A DNA stretch of 26,158 nt from a virus (IMGVR_UViG_3300033489_000052:1-26158); one strand, 5' to 3'. Counted from the stretch's first letter, positions 8,525-17,254 are shown. The notes: a model not told the origin generated them from the letters alone. Numbers and translations are program-made.

Positions 8525-10024
8525 TCAATACGCTCCTTTTTGTTCTCCAAATCTCCGCTTCTGGACGGTCTCGTATTGCACCGGACCTCCGGCAAAGGCC
8601 TCGGCCAACCTGACGGCCATCTCCAGAGCGTCCGGACCATCATCATTAACCGTGGTCGATGGGAAATAGATCAATTGCTCAACAAGCAGGTCCTGATCCG
8701 AGTGGCCCTTGCGAAATCGGATTACTCCGCGCTCGACAAAAGGAGAAAGCCTGGTGATCCGAATTTCTTTATTGACTGTGTTGTCGATCTCTTTGATCGG
8801 CAAATGGCGGCCCCTTATTTTAGCCTCGTTGTTAAAAAGGATGATGAGCACGGCCTGAAAGGAATTAGTCTCGACCCCGATCACGAGGGCAGGCTGCTCA
8901 TCCTGACGGATGTAGGCGGTCGTGACGAAGCTATCGACGGACCGTTTTTTGATATCCGCATGAAGAACGTAAATCGTTCCGTCCGGAGCGCGACCCACTT
9001 TGACAAAAGCCCTGTAATCAGCCGACTCATTTTTACCGACCGAAGCGTCGCCGGCGTCGTAGATCGCCAGGGATTTCCCTGCGATTTCTTCCGGCGCATA
9101 ATATTTGAACCATTCCTCCCGGAAAAGTCCCTCTTCATCCTTCGGGTCGTTCTGAAACTCCTTGTTGAAATTGAGCGTCCCGATCTGGCGTTTCTTTTTG
9201 AGCAGTCTCTCGATGGGCCACTTTGCAGGCCAGAGAGGAGAGCCGTCATCTTTGATCGCCTTGTACACGCGGGTGATGAAGAGAGGCTCGTCGTTTTCGT
9301 CCTTGGCGTTTAAGAACCAGGTGAGCACGGATTTTTTTGCAAGCACCGTGCCGATCATCATCAAAGAATATCCCTCGGCCAATGAGCCGAGCACAGCGGT
9401 AAGGATCCAATCCACGGCCTCTTTGATGAGCTTCGGGTTCTTTACGTTCTTGTCGTTTTCGAAATCATCGATGATGACGCGATCCGGTCTCCATTGGCGG
9501 TTTCGGATTCCACGGAGTCTCTGGCCACGGCCCCGGGCCTTTACGCGGATTCCGTTTCTGGTAGTGAAGTCTTTCGACTCCCACTTATAGCCCTTGAGAT
9601 TCCCAAAGTCGGCGAGGATCCTCTCGTTCTCCTGGAGCTCGAGCTGGATGAAGACGTTGAAGTCCGCGGCCAGGTCCTCGGTGTCGGAAACGATGATGAT
9701 GAAATGCTTTCTCTCGAGGCAGATGTCCGCAACAGGAACGGCAAAGGTGCAGAGCGTGGATTTTGCATGCTCGCGGGGCGCGGCGATAATAACCGGTTCA
9801 TCCCGGACTTTTGTAAGTTCGATCACCTCTTCGTGAAATTCCGCGGGCTCGGTGGTAAAGTAATGCGGGACATAAGTCTTAAAGAAAGAGAAGTCATCTT
9901 CCTTGGAACGGCGAAGCCGCTCAGCCCGGGCCTCCGGAGAGGTATCCTCGAAAGGCTTTGCCTCAGCGCGCATGCGCGATCTGACCCGATTAATTTGTTG
10001 TTGAATCTCTTTTTTGGAGCTCAT
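8525..10024 (-). CDS. Terminase large subunit (Mu gp28-like)
   Basis: APREHAKST (Walker A), RPDRVIIDDFE (Walker B), MIGT, EFQNDP, and nuclease-domain GDAS and DDGPDALEMA. Confidence 0.95.
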   Translation of the reverse strand: MSSKKEIQQQINRVRSRMRAEAKPFEDTSPEARAERLRRSKEDDFSFFKTYVPHYFTTEPAEFHEEVIELTKVRDEPVIIAAPREHAKSTLCTFAVPVADICLERKHFIIIVSDTEDLAADFNVFIQLELQENERILADFGNLKGYKWESKDFTTRNGIRVKARGRGQRLRGIRNRQWRPDRVIIDDFENDKNVKNPKLIKEAVDWILTAVLGSLAEGYSLMMIGTVLAKKSVLTWFLNAKDENDEPLFITRVYKAIKDDGSPLWPAKWPIERLLKKKRQIGTLNFNKEFQNDPKDEEGLFREEWFKYYAPEEIAGKSLAIYDAGDASVGKNESADYRAFVKVGRAPDGTIYVLHADIKKRSVDSFVTTAYIRQDEQPALVIGVETNSFQAVLIILFNNEAKIRGRHLPIKEIDNTVNKEIRITRLSPFVERGVIRFRKGHSDQDLLVEQLIYFPSTTVNDDGPDALEMAVRLAEAFAGGPVQYETVQKRRFGEQKGAY

Positions 10025-10064
10025 TCTTTTTTTTCTCCGAACTCCGAACTCCCAACTCCGAACT

Positions 10065-10577
10065 TTATTCCGGTTTCACCTCATCAAAGAATCGATCGAT
10101 CAAGGCGAAAACTGTTGCCTGGGAGGGCGTTTCCTTGACCACCTTCTTAACGAAGCGGACAAATTCATCCATGACAATCGGAGCCATCCGGTAAAGATCC
10201 GGCTTCTCGTCGATGGCCTTCTGGATATCACAGATCGTCTTGACCAGATTGTCATAAGCATATTGAGCCTGGTTATCGACCTGAGGGGCGATGCTGTCAA
10301 AGTACACATCATAACGCTCTTTCTGCTTCTTCAAATCCAGGAGGATCTTCTCGCGGTATTGCATCTTCGCATCGCTTGCCTCCTGGGCCACGGCGTCGGC
10401 GTTTTTCAAACGCTCCTTGAAATTGAATTTCTCCATCCATTCATAGAGCGTCGGCTTCGAGAGCTTGAGCCCCTCTTTCTCAAGCTCTCTCAGCGTCGCC
10501 TCGACATTGCCGCCGCATTTCTGGTAGCAACGGAAAGCCAATTCTCTTGATTCTGCAAATACGGATTTCCCTTTCAT
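10065..10577 (-). CDS. Putative terminase small subunit (gp27 position)
   Basis: N-terminal HTH-like segment (LSKPTLYEW) and helical body, directly upstream of TerL. Confidence 0.6.
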   Translation of the reverse strand: MKGKSVFAESRELAFRCYQKCGGNVEATLRELEKEGLKLSKPTLYEWMEKFNFKERLKNADAVAQEASDAKMQYREKILLDLKKQKERYDVYFDSIAPQVDNQAQYAYDNLVKTICDIQKAIDEKPDLYRMAPIVMDEFVRFVKKVVKETPSQATVFALIDRFFDEVKPE

Positions 10578-10876
10578 TCCCCTACGGCAACCCCGCTATC
10601 GGATTCATACCCGTCAATCAGTTTAAAACCCCGCGCCTTGATGACGACTTGTTTGGTCTTCATTTTTCCAAAAACTTTTTCCCGCAATTTGACGGTATCG
10701 ATCTCCTCGAGATAGGCGAGGTAACTGTTCAGCGTATCCCTGGGAACCGGATATCCGCATGTGTCCAGCACGCCCTGGAGAGTCACCACATCGATAAAAT
10801 TCGGATGATACTCTCTCAGGAGCTGAAGGATCTGGCCCCTTATTCTTCGATGAGTCTCAGTCCTAAGATCGACCAT
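10574..10876 (-). CDS. Mu gp26-like winged-helix protein
   Basis: RGQILQLL...LAYLEE...I.ARG..LIDG...GV pattern and gene position. Confidence 0.7.
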   Translation of the reverse strand: MVDLRTETHRRIRGQILQLLREYHPNFIDVVTLQGVLDTCGYPVPRDTLNSYLAYLEEIDTVKLREKVFGKMKTKQVVIKARGFKLIDGYESDSGVAVGE

Positions 10877-11270
10877 CTGGAATCTCCTTCAAACGGTTTT
10901 CTATTCTCTCGGATTGCGCCTTCATCGTCGTCAAATCGTTTCTCGTTTCCATTAGCTCCCGGCGAATTACTTTTTGCAAAATAATAATTTCCTGATGCTC
11001 GGTCGCATCCCGGCTCACATAATTATCGATGGACCGCGTCAGCCGGTCCATGCTGCCTGCCTGCTGATTGAGCGCCGCAGCGGGTTTCTCCATCGCCTCC
11101 ACGACCTTCGCCCCTACGTCTCTGCCGAGACGAAGCAACAGCTTGTATGCCCCGTAAAGCATGACCAGCGCGATCAGCAGTCCCGGACCCCATCTTAATG
11201 CGTTATTGCAAGCGTCGATAAATAGATTTCTGATGGCGAGTTCCATCATCTCTCCTCGCACTTGCTCCAC
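10863..11270 (-). CDS. Membrane protein with C-terminal coiled coil
   Basis: One hydrophobic helix (GPGLLIALVMLYGAY). The true start is probably near 11249. Confidence 0.65.
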   Translation of the reverse strand: MEQVRGEMMELAIRNLFIDACNNALRWGPGLLIALVMLYGAYKLLLRLGRDVGAKVVEAMEKPAAALNQQAGSMDRLTRSIDNYVSRDATEHQEIIILQKVIRRELMETRNDLTTMKAQSERIENRLKEIPDGRS

Positions 11271-11476
11271 TGGAGGCGGAAATATTCCATCGCCATGAGC
11301 ATCTCGGTCAGGCTTTTATCGGAGACATACCAGCCATCGACCGGCGCGATGTAAGCCTCGCCCGCTTTCATTTTTCCAGCCTGGATATCGCTATTCGCAA
11401 TCCGGATCTGATGCGCGCATCCCGCCAAGAGCGCCCCGATCAAACAAACAATGATGATATTCTTTATTGCTTTCAT
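11246..11476 (-). CDS. Small lipoprotein, possible o-spanin
   Basis: Signal peptide with lipobox LLAG-C, in the lysis cassette. Confidence 0.65.
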   Translation of the reverse strand: MKAIKNIIIVCLIGALLAGCAHQIRIANSDIQAGKMKAGEAYIAPVDGWYVSDKSLTEMLMAMEYFRLQWSKCEER

Positions 11477-11479
11477 TTT

Positions 11480-11926
11480 TTACCCCCCCGCAAAAACCCC
11501 GAGCGCAAAAAGCGCGACCCGGATGACCCACTCAAGGATTTCATCCCAAACCGATTTTTTCCCTATGGTCGCCAGCGCGATCGCCCGATCGGCTATCTCT
11601 TTCATATCCAGAAAGGCTTTATCTTTGGCCTCGATGATCATATCTTTGAGGGCAGTGATCCGGTCCTTCAGCTCGTTTTCGCGCTTGAGAAGCTCGTTCT
11701 CTTTCTCAAGATTCGCAATCCGCTGATCCTTGACCTGATCCATCTCTCGCAGGAGGTCATAATCCGTAAGACGACGGACCATTTCCTGGGCATCGGATAT
11801 GTCCTCACATATAGGATCATTTGCACCCGCGACGGGCTGTGCTGAAGCCAAGCCTGCGCAGCTCGTCAACGATGCGATCAGGATCGCCAGAAATAACAAT
11901 CGTCTCGCGCTGAGTCTGAAGTTCAA
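11480..11926 (-). CDS. Spanin-like protein with N-terminal signal/lipobox and C-terminal hydrophobic helix
   Basis: Probable TTG start at 11926 behind GGGAGG, LIASLTS-C, coiled coil and C-terminal ILEWVIRVALFALGVFAGG. Overlaps the upstream gene. Confidence 0.55.
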   Translation of the reverse strand: MNFRLSARRLLFLAILIASLTSCAGLASAQPVAGANDPICEDISDAQEMVRRLTDYDLLREMDQVKDQRIANLEKENELLKRENELKDRITALKDMIIEAKDKAFLDMKEIADRAIALATIGKKSVWDEILEWVIRVALFALGVFAGG

Positions 11927-12194
11927 GGAGCCTCCCTTTGAGCCGGTCATTTTCGGCTCTGACCTGGGCCTGCTGTATCCGGTTTATCTCGACCTTTTTT
12001 TCGAGGTCGCCAATTTCTATCTCGCGCTTTGTCACACTCTCTTCCAGTGTCTTGACGATATTGGACTGATCCACACGGATTTGATCGACGAGCATGCCAA
12101 AGTATTTTTTGGCGACCTGGTTCGGGTAGGCGATCATCACAAGGACGATCAAAACCCCGATGGCGACGGCGATAAGCTTCCAGGGAATTTTCAT
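11817..12194 (-). CDS. Putative i-spanin (Rz-like)
   Basis: N-terminal transmembrane helix followed by a coiled coil, downstream of the endolysin. Confidence 0.6.
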   Translation of the reverse strand: MKIPWKLIAVAIGVLIVLVMIAYPNQVAKKYFGMLVDQIRVDQSNIVKTLEESVTKREIEIGDLEKKVEINRIQQAQVRAENDRLKGRLLELQTQRETIVISGDPDRIVDELRRLGFSTARRGCK

Positions 12195-12292
12195 GCCTTA
12201 TGCCCTCTCTTTTCGACCCAGTACCATCGACCGATCCATCCAGCAACTAAACACACGACTGCAACCAATCCAATAGCTAATCCTGTACTCAT
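12191..12292 (-). CDS. 33-aa single-helix membrane peptide, not in the ORF track
   Basis: MSTGLAIGLVAVVCLVAGWIGRWYWVEKRGHKA. ATGA overlaps with both neighbours; GGAGG upstream. Confidence 0.7.
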   Translation of the reverse strand: MSTGLAIGLVAVVCLVAGWIGRWYWVEKRGHKA

Positions 12293-12519
12293 TTTGATTC
12301 ACCTCCTGTTGTTAAAGGTTTGACGATTTTATAGCCGAACCAGCTTCCGACGCTGAGCAAACAGAACGATGTGAATGAAGACCCCACTTTCGCCTCGATC
12401 TCTGGCAATCCCTGAATGAAGTAGTTTGCCACGTAAACCACCAATCGCAAAAATGTGATCAAAAACGCCACGAACCAACCCTGAATCGATCCATCATCGG
12501 CAATGATCTTTAGCTTCAT
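12289..12519 (-). CDS. Putative holin
   Basis: 76 aa, two hydrophobic segments, ATGA-coupled to the endolysin. Confidence 0.55.
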   Translation of the reverse strand: MKLKIIADDGSIQGWFVAFLITFLRLVVYVANYFIQGLPEIEAKVGSSFTSFCLLSVGSWFGYKIVKPLTTGGESK

Positions 12520-13025
12520 GCGATCCTCACCAGATCCCTTCTAAAGAGATCCATATCAAACAATTTCCCTGGGCACGTTTTCTGAGCGTAATCCCGATGC
12601 GGGACAACGCACGTTGCCGGAATCAACAAAATCCGGCACAGGCTTCTCACAAAAAGAACTCCGGCCGCCCATTGATCCGGCGGCACGTGGGCCTCGTCAA
12701 AATTTCCAACGAAGCAGATCCCGATGGCCCTGTCGTTCATCCCAATGCAATGCGCCCCGTCCTGGTCGAGTGGTCTGCCAACGAGGATCTCATGTTGATC
12801 ATTGATCTTCTCGCTTCCAAAATGATAAGAAATATCTCTCCAGGGCGGCTCGAATCTTTTACCATCCTTAATCGCCAACCTTCGATCATATTCCGCCTTC
12901 GTCACGCTTGTGCCATCGATCCGCCAGGACATTTGATATCGCCTCATTCCCTGCCAATCGAACGTGCGGCCGTCTGCGGTTGCCGAATGATGAATCATGA
13001 TATGCGTCCAGTGCGTAATGATCAT
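12516..13025 (-). CDS. Endolysin, N-acetylmuramoyl-L-alanine amidase (Amidase_2 / T7 lysozyme-like)
   Basis: IHHSAT, W.DISYHF, GAHC.G.N..AIGICFVGNF and HRD...KTCPG Zn-amidase motifs. Start moved to ATG 13025 (GGGAGG upstream). Confidence 0.93.
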   Translation of the reverse strand: MIITHWTHIMIHHSATADGRTFDWQGMRRYQMSWRIDGTSVTKAEYDRRLAIKDGKRFEPPWRDISYHFGSEKINDQHEILVGRPLDQDGAHCIGMNDRAIGICFVGNFDEAHVPPDQWAAGVLFVRSLCRILLIPATCVVPHRDYAQKTCPGKLFDMDLFRRDLVRIA

Positions 13026-13038
13026 TTTGCCTCCCGAA

Positions 13039-13092
13039 GCCCTGCACCCAACATCGCGCAGGGCGAAGCCCCGCACCCAACGTGGTGCGGGG
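13039..13092. repeat. Two copies of the dispersed 26-bp hairpin element
   Basis: gccctgcacccaacatcgcgcagggc and gccccgcacccaacgtggtgcgggg. Confidence 0.8.
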
Positions 13093-13097
13093 AGAAC

Positions 13098-13143
13098 AAA
13101 AAAGCCCCTGGACTACCAAGAATCAATCGGCAATCCAGGGGCT
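13098..13143 (-). terminator. Intrinsic terminator-like structure upstream of the lysis/late genes
   Basis: Minus strand AGCCCCTGGA-21 nt-TCCAGGGGCT followed by TTTTTGTT. The loop is unusually long. Confidence 0.5.
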
Positions 13144-13226
13144 CAGCGGCCCTCTCTATTTTTATCACCAGGAGTCCCCTCGGGACTCAAGCGCTCAACT
13201 GGCGCTCACTGGCTTGGGTTCATCGT

Positions 13227-13451
13227 TCATCGTTTAACGTTCATTATTTCCGCGTTCTCCTTCTCGTAAATCAGCATCCTGATGTACGCCGAGAGCGTCA
13301 GGCCGAGTTTTTCGGCTTGCCGCTGGGCCATCGCTCTCTCTTTCTTCCCGAGCCGGATCGTAACGATTCCATCTTTTTTTTCCACTTCCAGCCGTTGCTT
13401 AGGATGCATTATAAATTCCTTAAATTTCTTAAGATATTTATCATAAATCAT
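13227..13451 (-). CDS. Ribbon-helix-helix/CopG-like DNA-binding protein, paralog 2
   Basis: VTIRL...AE..GLTLSAYIRMLI strand-helix-helix pattern. Confidence 0.75.
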   Translation of the reverse strand: MIYDKYLKKFKEFIMHPKQRLEVEKKDGIVTIRLGKKERAMAQRQAEKLGLTLSAYIRMLIYEKENAEIMNVKR

Positions 13452-13457
13452 TTCGTT

Positions 13458-13607
13458 CTACTCCTCACGGAATCCATTCTCCTTTTCATAGATCAGCATC
13501 CTAATATACGCCGAGAGTGTGAGGCCGCGCCTTTCGGCCTGTCGCAGGGCCATCGCCTTTTCTTTTTTCCCCAGCCGGATGTGTGCATCGGCCTTCTTTT
13601 TTTCCAT
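13458..13607 (-). CDS. Ribbon-helix-helix/CopG-like protein, paralog 1 (49 aa, not in the ORF track)
   Basis: MEKKKADAHIRLGKKEKAMALRQAERRGLTLSAYIRMLIYEKENGFREE, near-identical core to 13227-13451. Confidence 0.75.
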   Translation of the reverse strand: MEKKKADAHIRLGKKEKAMALRQAERRGLTLSAYIRMLIYEKENGFREE

Positions 13608-13619
13608 AATGATTCATAC

Positions 13620-13832
13620 TTACCACGATGTGGACATACTGTCAAGGGATTTTCTTTGCATGGCTGCATTGTTTCTTCTTTCGCTATCCCGGTGCATTTT
13701 GGCGACGTACCGGATCCATGCCGGGATGGCTACCACATTATGCTCGTCCGATCTAAAATGCTCCCGACACGATTCTTCTGAATCAAATTCTTGATCACAG
13801 CAAGCGCAGCGACAAAATGGCTTCGTTTTCAT
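13620..13832 (-). CDS. Small C2H2-type zinc-finger-like protein
   Basis: CACCDQEFDSEESCREHFRSDEH. Start ATG 13832 with GGGAGG upstream. Confidence 0.65.
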   Translation of the reverse strand: MKTKPFCRCACCDQEFDSEESCREHFRSDEHNVVAIPAWIRYVAKMHRDSERRNNAAMQRKSLDSMSTSW

Positions 13833-14038
13833 TTTCCACCTCCCAATGCCCTGAACCCGACGTGGTTCAAGGGTTGCACCATGCATCCCACGTGGTGCAT
13901 GGCGTGGTTCAAGGGTTGCACCATGCATCCTACGTGGTGCATGGCCCAGACGATTTCGAGCCTCCTGATGGCCCTGAGAGCCTCCAGGGCCAAGCCAGCC
14001 AGTCCTTCAATCTTAATTATTTTTCTTGTCGCCTTCAT
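13829..14038 (-). CDS. Possible small ORF whose C-terminal half is repeat-derived
   Basis: TAAGGAGG before ATG 14038 (MKATRKIIKIEG...). The stop overlaps the next ATG. Confidence 0.4.
   Translation of the reverse strand: MKATRKIIKIEGLAGLALEALRAIRRLEIVWAMHHVGCMVQPLNHAMHHVGCMVQPLNHVGFRALGGGK
13848..13945. repeat. Compound cluster of the 26-bp hairpin element with a 42-bp tandem duplication
   Basis: 13861-13902 and 13903-13944 are identical except for one base. Confidence 0.85.
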
Positions 14039-14209
14039 TATGGCCTCCTTACCGCATTGTCTCCATTTTGTATCCATTTTGTGTTCACAATGTGGTATGT
14101 GCATCTACCGTGCCAAAAGGATTGGTAATAATATTCAATGATTTCGATGGATTAGTTTTCACAAATCCCCCAAGGGTGACAAATTATGTCTCCCAAATGA
14201 CAAAATGTT

Positions 14210-14434
14210 TCATCCCGCAGGGGCGGAATTATCGACGAGATTCGGCTCCCCGCAGTGCGGGCAATCGAGGAGGATCTTCTTGACTTCCCCCTGCAAGACG
14301 ATCTTCCGGCACCGGCGGCACCTAAGCGGCTTCAATTCCGCCCGCTCCTTCTGAAATCTTTTGAAATGTTTTACATTCCGCATTCCGCAATCCCACTCCG
14401 TGGCCCCAGTGATCTTGAGGGGCGCATTCCGCAA
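14210..14434 (-). CDS. Com-like zinc-ribbon protein
   Basis: LRCRRCRKIV...ILLDCPHCGEPN, CxxC...CxxC spacing as in the Mu Com family. Start uncertain because the N-terminus is heptamer-repeat derived. Confidence 0.6.
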   Translation of the reverse strand: MRNAPLKITGATEWDCGMRNVKHFKRFQKERAELKPLRCRRCRKIVLQGEVKKILLDCPHCGEPNLVDNSAPAG

Positions 14435-14686
14435 TTATCTGCTCGGTATCAAACTTTTCAAAAAGTCTTGCGAGCATTCCTTCGCCGTCCACACCCTGGG
14501 GTTGCCGGATCGATCAGCCTCTTTTTTGAGTTTTCCTTCGATCTGATAGAGAGCCTTCATGACCGAACCACCTTCATATTTCTTCCAATAACTACAATCC
14601 CTGCAATAGAGTTGATTGGGAGCCTTCTTCTCAAAAACTGCCCTGCATTCCTTGTTCTTGCAGATTCCCATCCTAACGAATGCCAT
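14435..14686 (-). CDS. Cys-rich hypothetical protein
   Basis: CKNKEC...F.KKAPNQLYCRDC motif. Probable ATG at 14686. Confidence 0.6.
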   Translation of the reverse strand: MAFVRMGICKNKECRAVFEKKAPNQLYCRDCSYWKKYEGGSVMKALYQIEGKLKKEADRSGNPRVWTAKECSQDFLKSLIPSR

Positions 14687-14699
14687 AATTGTTCTTCTC

Positions 14700-14867
14700 T
14701 CAAAGATTCGAATTCCCAACGGTGCATCTCGGACAGATTCTGTTGACCGTGCCTTTTGCCATAAACTTAGTTTCGCATTTCAAACAAAGACGCTCTATTT
14801 TTGGCAGCGGGATGATGAGATCTCTTTTTCCATATCTTCTCTGTGTTTTGAATGGATATCTCTTCAT
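14700..14867 (-). CDS. 55-aa zinc-ribbon protein, not in the ORF track
   Basis: ...ERLCLKCETKFMAKGTVNRICPRC.... ATGA overlap with the gemA-like stop. Confidence 0.7.
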   Translation of the reverse strand: MKRYPFKTQRRYGKRDLIIPLPKIERLCLKCETKFMAKGTVNRICPRCTVGNSNL

Positions 14868-15328
14868 CTCTTCATCTGTGCGTCAGCACACCTCTTCACA
14901 AACTCATCCTGCTGCCTTTTCTTCATCGCCTTGAGCGCTTCGATTACCTTCTGGCCCTCTCTCTCGGTTTTGATGTACGTGCGGCCGAGAAATTTCTTGA
15001 TCCATCGATGATAACCGTCGTGGACCCGCCACTGTACATCGTGCCGCAAATGCTCGATAATTCCGAGCTGCTGCCTCGTCGGCAAAAATACTACGTTCGA
15101 TGATTTTTTTATTTCCTGCCTTCCTGGCTTCCTTATTCGTCTGCTCCTAATCCGGAATCCTTTCTTCTTCAACTCATCGATCAACGCCGACGCCTGGGCA
15201 TACTGTAAATCCTTACAGGTATCGACCCCGTATTCTTTGAGCATCAATCGATAGGTTTCGTCATCGATCCCGAGATCCGCGATCCCGATGTGAATCAAAC
15301 TTTTTTGGAGATTGTTAATCTGGGGCAT
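14864..15328 (-). CDS. gemA: GemA / DUF1018 family protein (Mu gp16-like)
   Basis: IHIG...LGIDDETYR.ML...CKDL...LIDELKKKGF and VIEALKAM motifs. Confidence 0.85.
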   Translation of the reverse strand: MPQINNLQKSLIHIGIADLGIDDETYRLMLKEYGVDTCKDLQYAQASALIDELKKKGFRIRSRRIRKPGRQEIKKSSNVVFLPTRQQLGIIEHLRHDVQWRVHDGYHRWIKKFLGRTYIKTEREGQKVIEALKAMKKRQQDEFVKRCADAQMKR

Positions 15329-15567
15329 TAAATCCTTTCAATAGATCTCATCACGGGACAAACATTGAATTCTGAACCACAGGCCGGATTCGCGCATTTG
15401 ATGTTCATAGCCAACCCGCCGCGTGGTCCCCGCAGAAACTTTTCTCCCCCGCAATCAGGGCATTTGGGTTTTGGATAAAAGGCGTCTTTGAGTTTCTTCT
15501 CCTCCTCTTCGGGAAATAATTTTGAAGAAATAGCTTTCACATCTATCACGATATTTCCAGATGCCAT
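15328..15567 (-). CDS. Zinc-ribbon hypothetical protein
   Basis: CPDCG...GPRGG...NIKCANPACGSEFNV; GGAGG upstream. Confidence 0.7.
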   Translation of the reverse strand: MASGNIVIDVKAISSKLFPEEEEKKLKDAFYPKPKCPDCGGEKFLRGPRGGLAMNIKCANPACGSEFNVCPVMRSIERI

Positions 15568-15629
15568 TGCTTTGTCCTCCTTGAATTCCCCCGGCTACCG
15601 GATCACCGGGGGCATTCTTTTTTCAGGGT

Positions 15630-15926
15630 CTATGTGGCCCCGGGGCCTTTCGCGATCTCCGTCTTGGGCACCTTCCGCCGGCTCGTGAACGCCCGCCGCA
15701 ACGGAGTTAGGCGGGCTGCATCCCTATCCTCCAGGCCCTTCTCTCCGTGGGTTGGGATCTCTGTATTCAAACATCGGGAGTTACATTCTCGACGACGACA
15801 CTGCTTGCAGCATCTGTGTTTGCACGTGCCACCATAGATGTGGAAACAGATTCCTTTTTTTGTGCGATAGACTTTACATTTATCATCCCAGTAGGCTCCT
15901 TCCCACATCCGTTGCGCACTATTCAT
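15630..15926 (-). CDS. Cys-rich hypothetical protein
   Basis: Overlaps the upstream stop and contains a cysteine cluster. No family recognised. Confidence 0.5.
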   Translation of the reverse strand: MNSAQRMWEGAYWDDKCKVYRTKKGICFHIYGGTCKHRCCKQCRRRECNSRCLNTEIPTHGEKGLEDRDAARLTPLRRAFTSRRKVPKTEIAKGPGAT

Positions 15927-16128
15927 CGTCGGCCCTCGCTATTCCCCATGAAACCAAGAGTTGTTGAGTTTTTTGCTCATCATCCTTATAGGGATATGAA
16001 ATGTCTGTCCCCGTAGCCAGAATAATCTCTGACCTTAGTTTGATGTATCGATCTTCGTAGTAGTCTACGGTAAAAAAGACCCCGATAAAAATCCCAATAG
16101 CAATCCCGATCAGCACTTTGATCATCAC
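15919..16128 (-). CDS. Small membrane protein
   Basis: N-terminal hydrophobic helix, coupled to neighbours. Confidence 0.6.
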   Translation of the reverse strand: MMIKVLIGIAIGIFIGVFFTVDYYEDRYIKLRSEIILATGTDISYPYKDDEQKTQQLLVSWGIARADDE

Positions 16129-16367
16129 TTCACCTTGCCCTTCCTCCAGTCATCCATTAAATTGCGCACGAAATCGCAAATGTCCTTGAGACATTCCGGA
16201 TTCCAGACCGTCTCGGCTGCCGGAAAGAAAGCGTATTGCCGCCACCTACCGGACCATTTGATGTAACCTAAGAATGAGCCGTGGTTCTTGGAATGGACGT
16301 GCCAGACCTGAGTCTTCTTCCCTTGACCCGCCAGTGAAAATTCAATATATCTGCTTGTCGTCATCAT
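16125..16367 (-). CDS. Phage hypothetical protein
   Basis: KT.VW...LG.IKW.GRWRQYAFFP...CLKDI; GAGG upstream. Confidence 0.7.
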   Translation of the reverse strand: MMTTSRYIEFSLAGQGKKTQVWHVHSKNHGSFLGYIKWSGRWRQYAFFPAAETVWNPECLKDICDFVRNLMDDWRKGKVK

Positions 16368-16570
16368 TCCTCACATACGACTTGCCAGGCATAGTCACTT
16401 CCGCATCTCTCGATTGTGTACGCCATTTTGCCCATGACTTTTCCCGCCACTCTTTCTGCCGCTTGCTTCTGGCCCTGTGTGCAGCTCGCGGTCTTGCCCT
16501 GGAATCTGGCAATGTATGTGCCTCCGTAATAACGTACAAAAATAACTCCCTGCGACATCGGTATCGTCAT
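16364..16570 (-). CDS. Phage hypothetical protein
   Basis: AGGAGG upstream, ATGA overlaps, YIAR..GKTASCT motif. Confidence 0.7.
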   Translation of the reverse strand: MTIPMSQGVIFVRYYGGTYIARFQGKTASCTQGQKQAAERVAGKVMGKMAYTIERCGSDYAWQVVCEE

Positions 16571-16734
16571 GATTGCCTCCTTCCCATCCTCGGCCGGCCA
16601 ATTAAAATCCTGAGACAGAACCTCACCCTGGAGGTGAAGGGTAAATCTCGGACGGCCTCTGTGAATTTGTCAAAATCAGTTCTTAACCTCTTTCTTATTT
16701 CCCGCCTCACTTGTTTGGCGACGCGCTCACTCAT
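16567..16734 (-). CDS. 55-aa basic hypothetical protein, not in the ORF track
   Basis: MSERVAKQVRREIRKRLRTDFDKFTEAVRDL.... Fills the gap, with overlaps on both sides. Confidence 0.6.
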   Translation of the reverse strand: MSERVAKQVRREIRKRLRTDFDKFTEAVRDLPFTSRVRFCLRILIGRPRMGRRQS

Positions 16735-17254
16735 CTATGCCTTCTTCCTCGTTCTTTTTTTCATTCAGCAGTGCATCGACCAGCTTATCTACCTCGCTAT
16801 CCACGGGCTTGATCACCACGGCGTCGCCGGTCTCTGTGACTTGGATACTGAGCTTCTTGAGATCCGCGCTCGGAAGAGTGCCCAGGGTTTTCTTCATTGG
16901 ATCTTCTTTGACCTTGACGTAGGTCTCCCAGGAATCCGGAAACAGCTTCTTGATGAGTTTTATCACGATGTTCTTGTCTTCCCATTCCAGTTTGCCTTTT
17001 TGTTTCTCGATTCCGAAGCGGATTCCGAAGAGCGTCATGGTCCGGGGCTTGAGGAAGAGGACCGGGCTATCATTGATGCCGTCCGCAAACTTCGCCCGGA
17101 TCTCCTTCGCCCTCTCGACAGCGTTTCGGATCCCGGGAAGATATCGCTTTTTGAGTGCTCGCATCCCCTCCTCGAGTACCTCGACTCGATCGCGCAGGAC
17201 CGTCCGCGCATCAGAGAATTCCTTTGCCAACCGTTCTATTTCCGTTAGATTCAT
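16727..17254 (-). CDS. Gam-like host-nuclease inhibitor family protein
   Basis: Coiled-coil N-terminus, then LF.KPRT..LFGIRFG..KQKG...YVKVKE.P.K..L; typical position after MuB. Confidence 0.75.
   Translation of the reverse strand: MNLTEIERLAKEFSDARTVLRDRVEVLEEGMRALKKRYLPGIRNAVERAKEIRAKFADGINDSPVLFLKPRTMTLFGIRFGIEKQKGKLEWEDKNIVIKLIKKLFPDSWETYVKVKEDPMKKTLGTLPSADLKKLSIQVTETGDAVVIKPVDSEVDKLVDALLNEKKNEEEGIDE

Noticed and set aside
7184-17248. Long plus-strand ORFs (7184-8362, 8540-9313, 12597-13781, 16274-17248 and similar)
   Set aside because: Antisense shadows of well-supported minus-strand genes, with no recognisable motifs.
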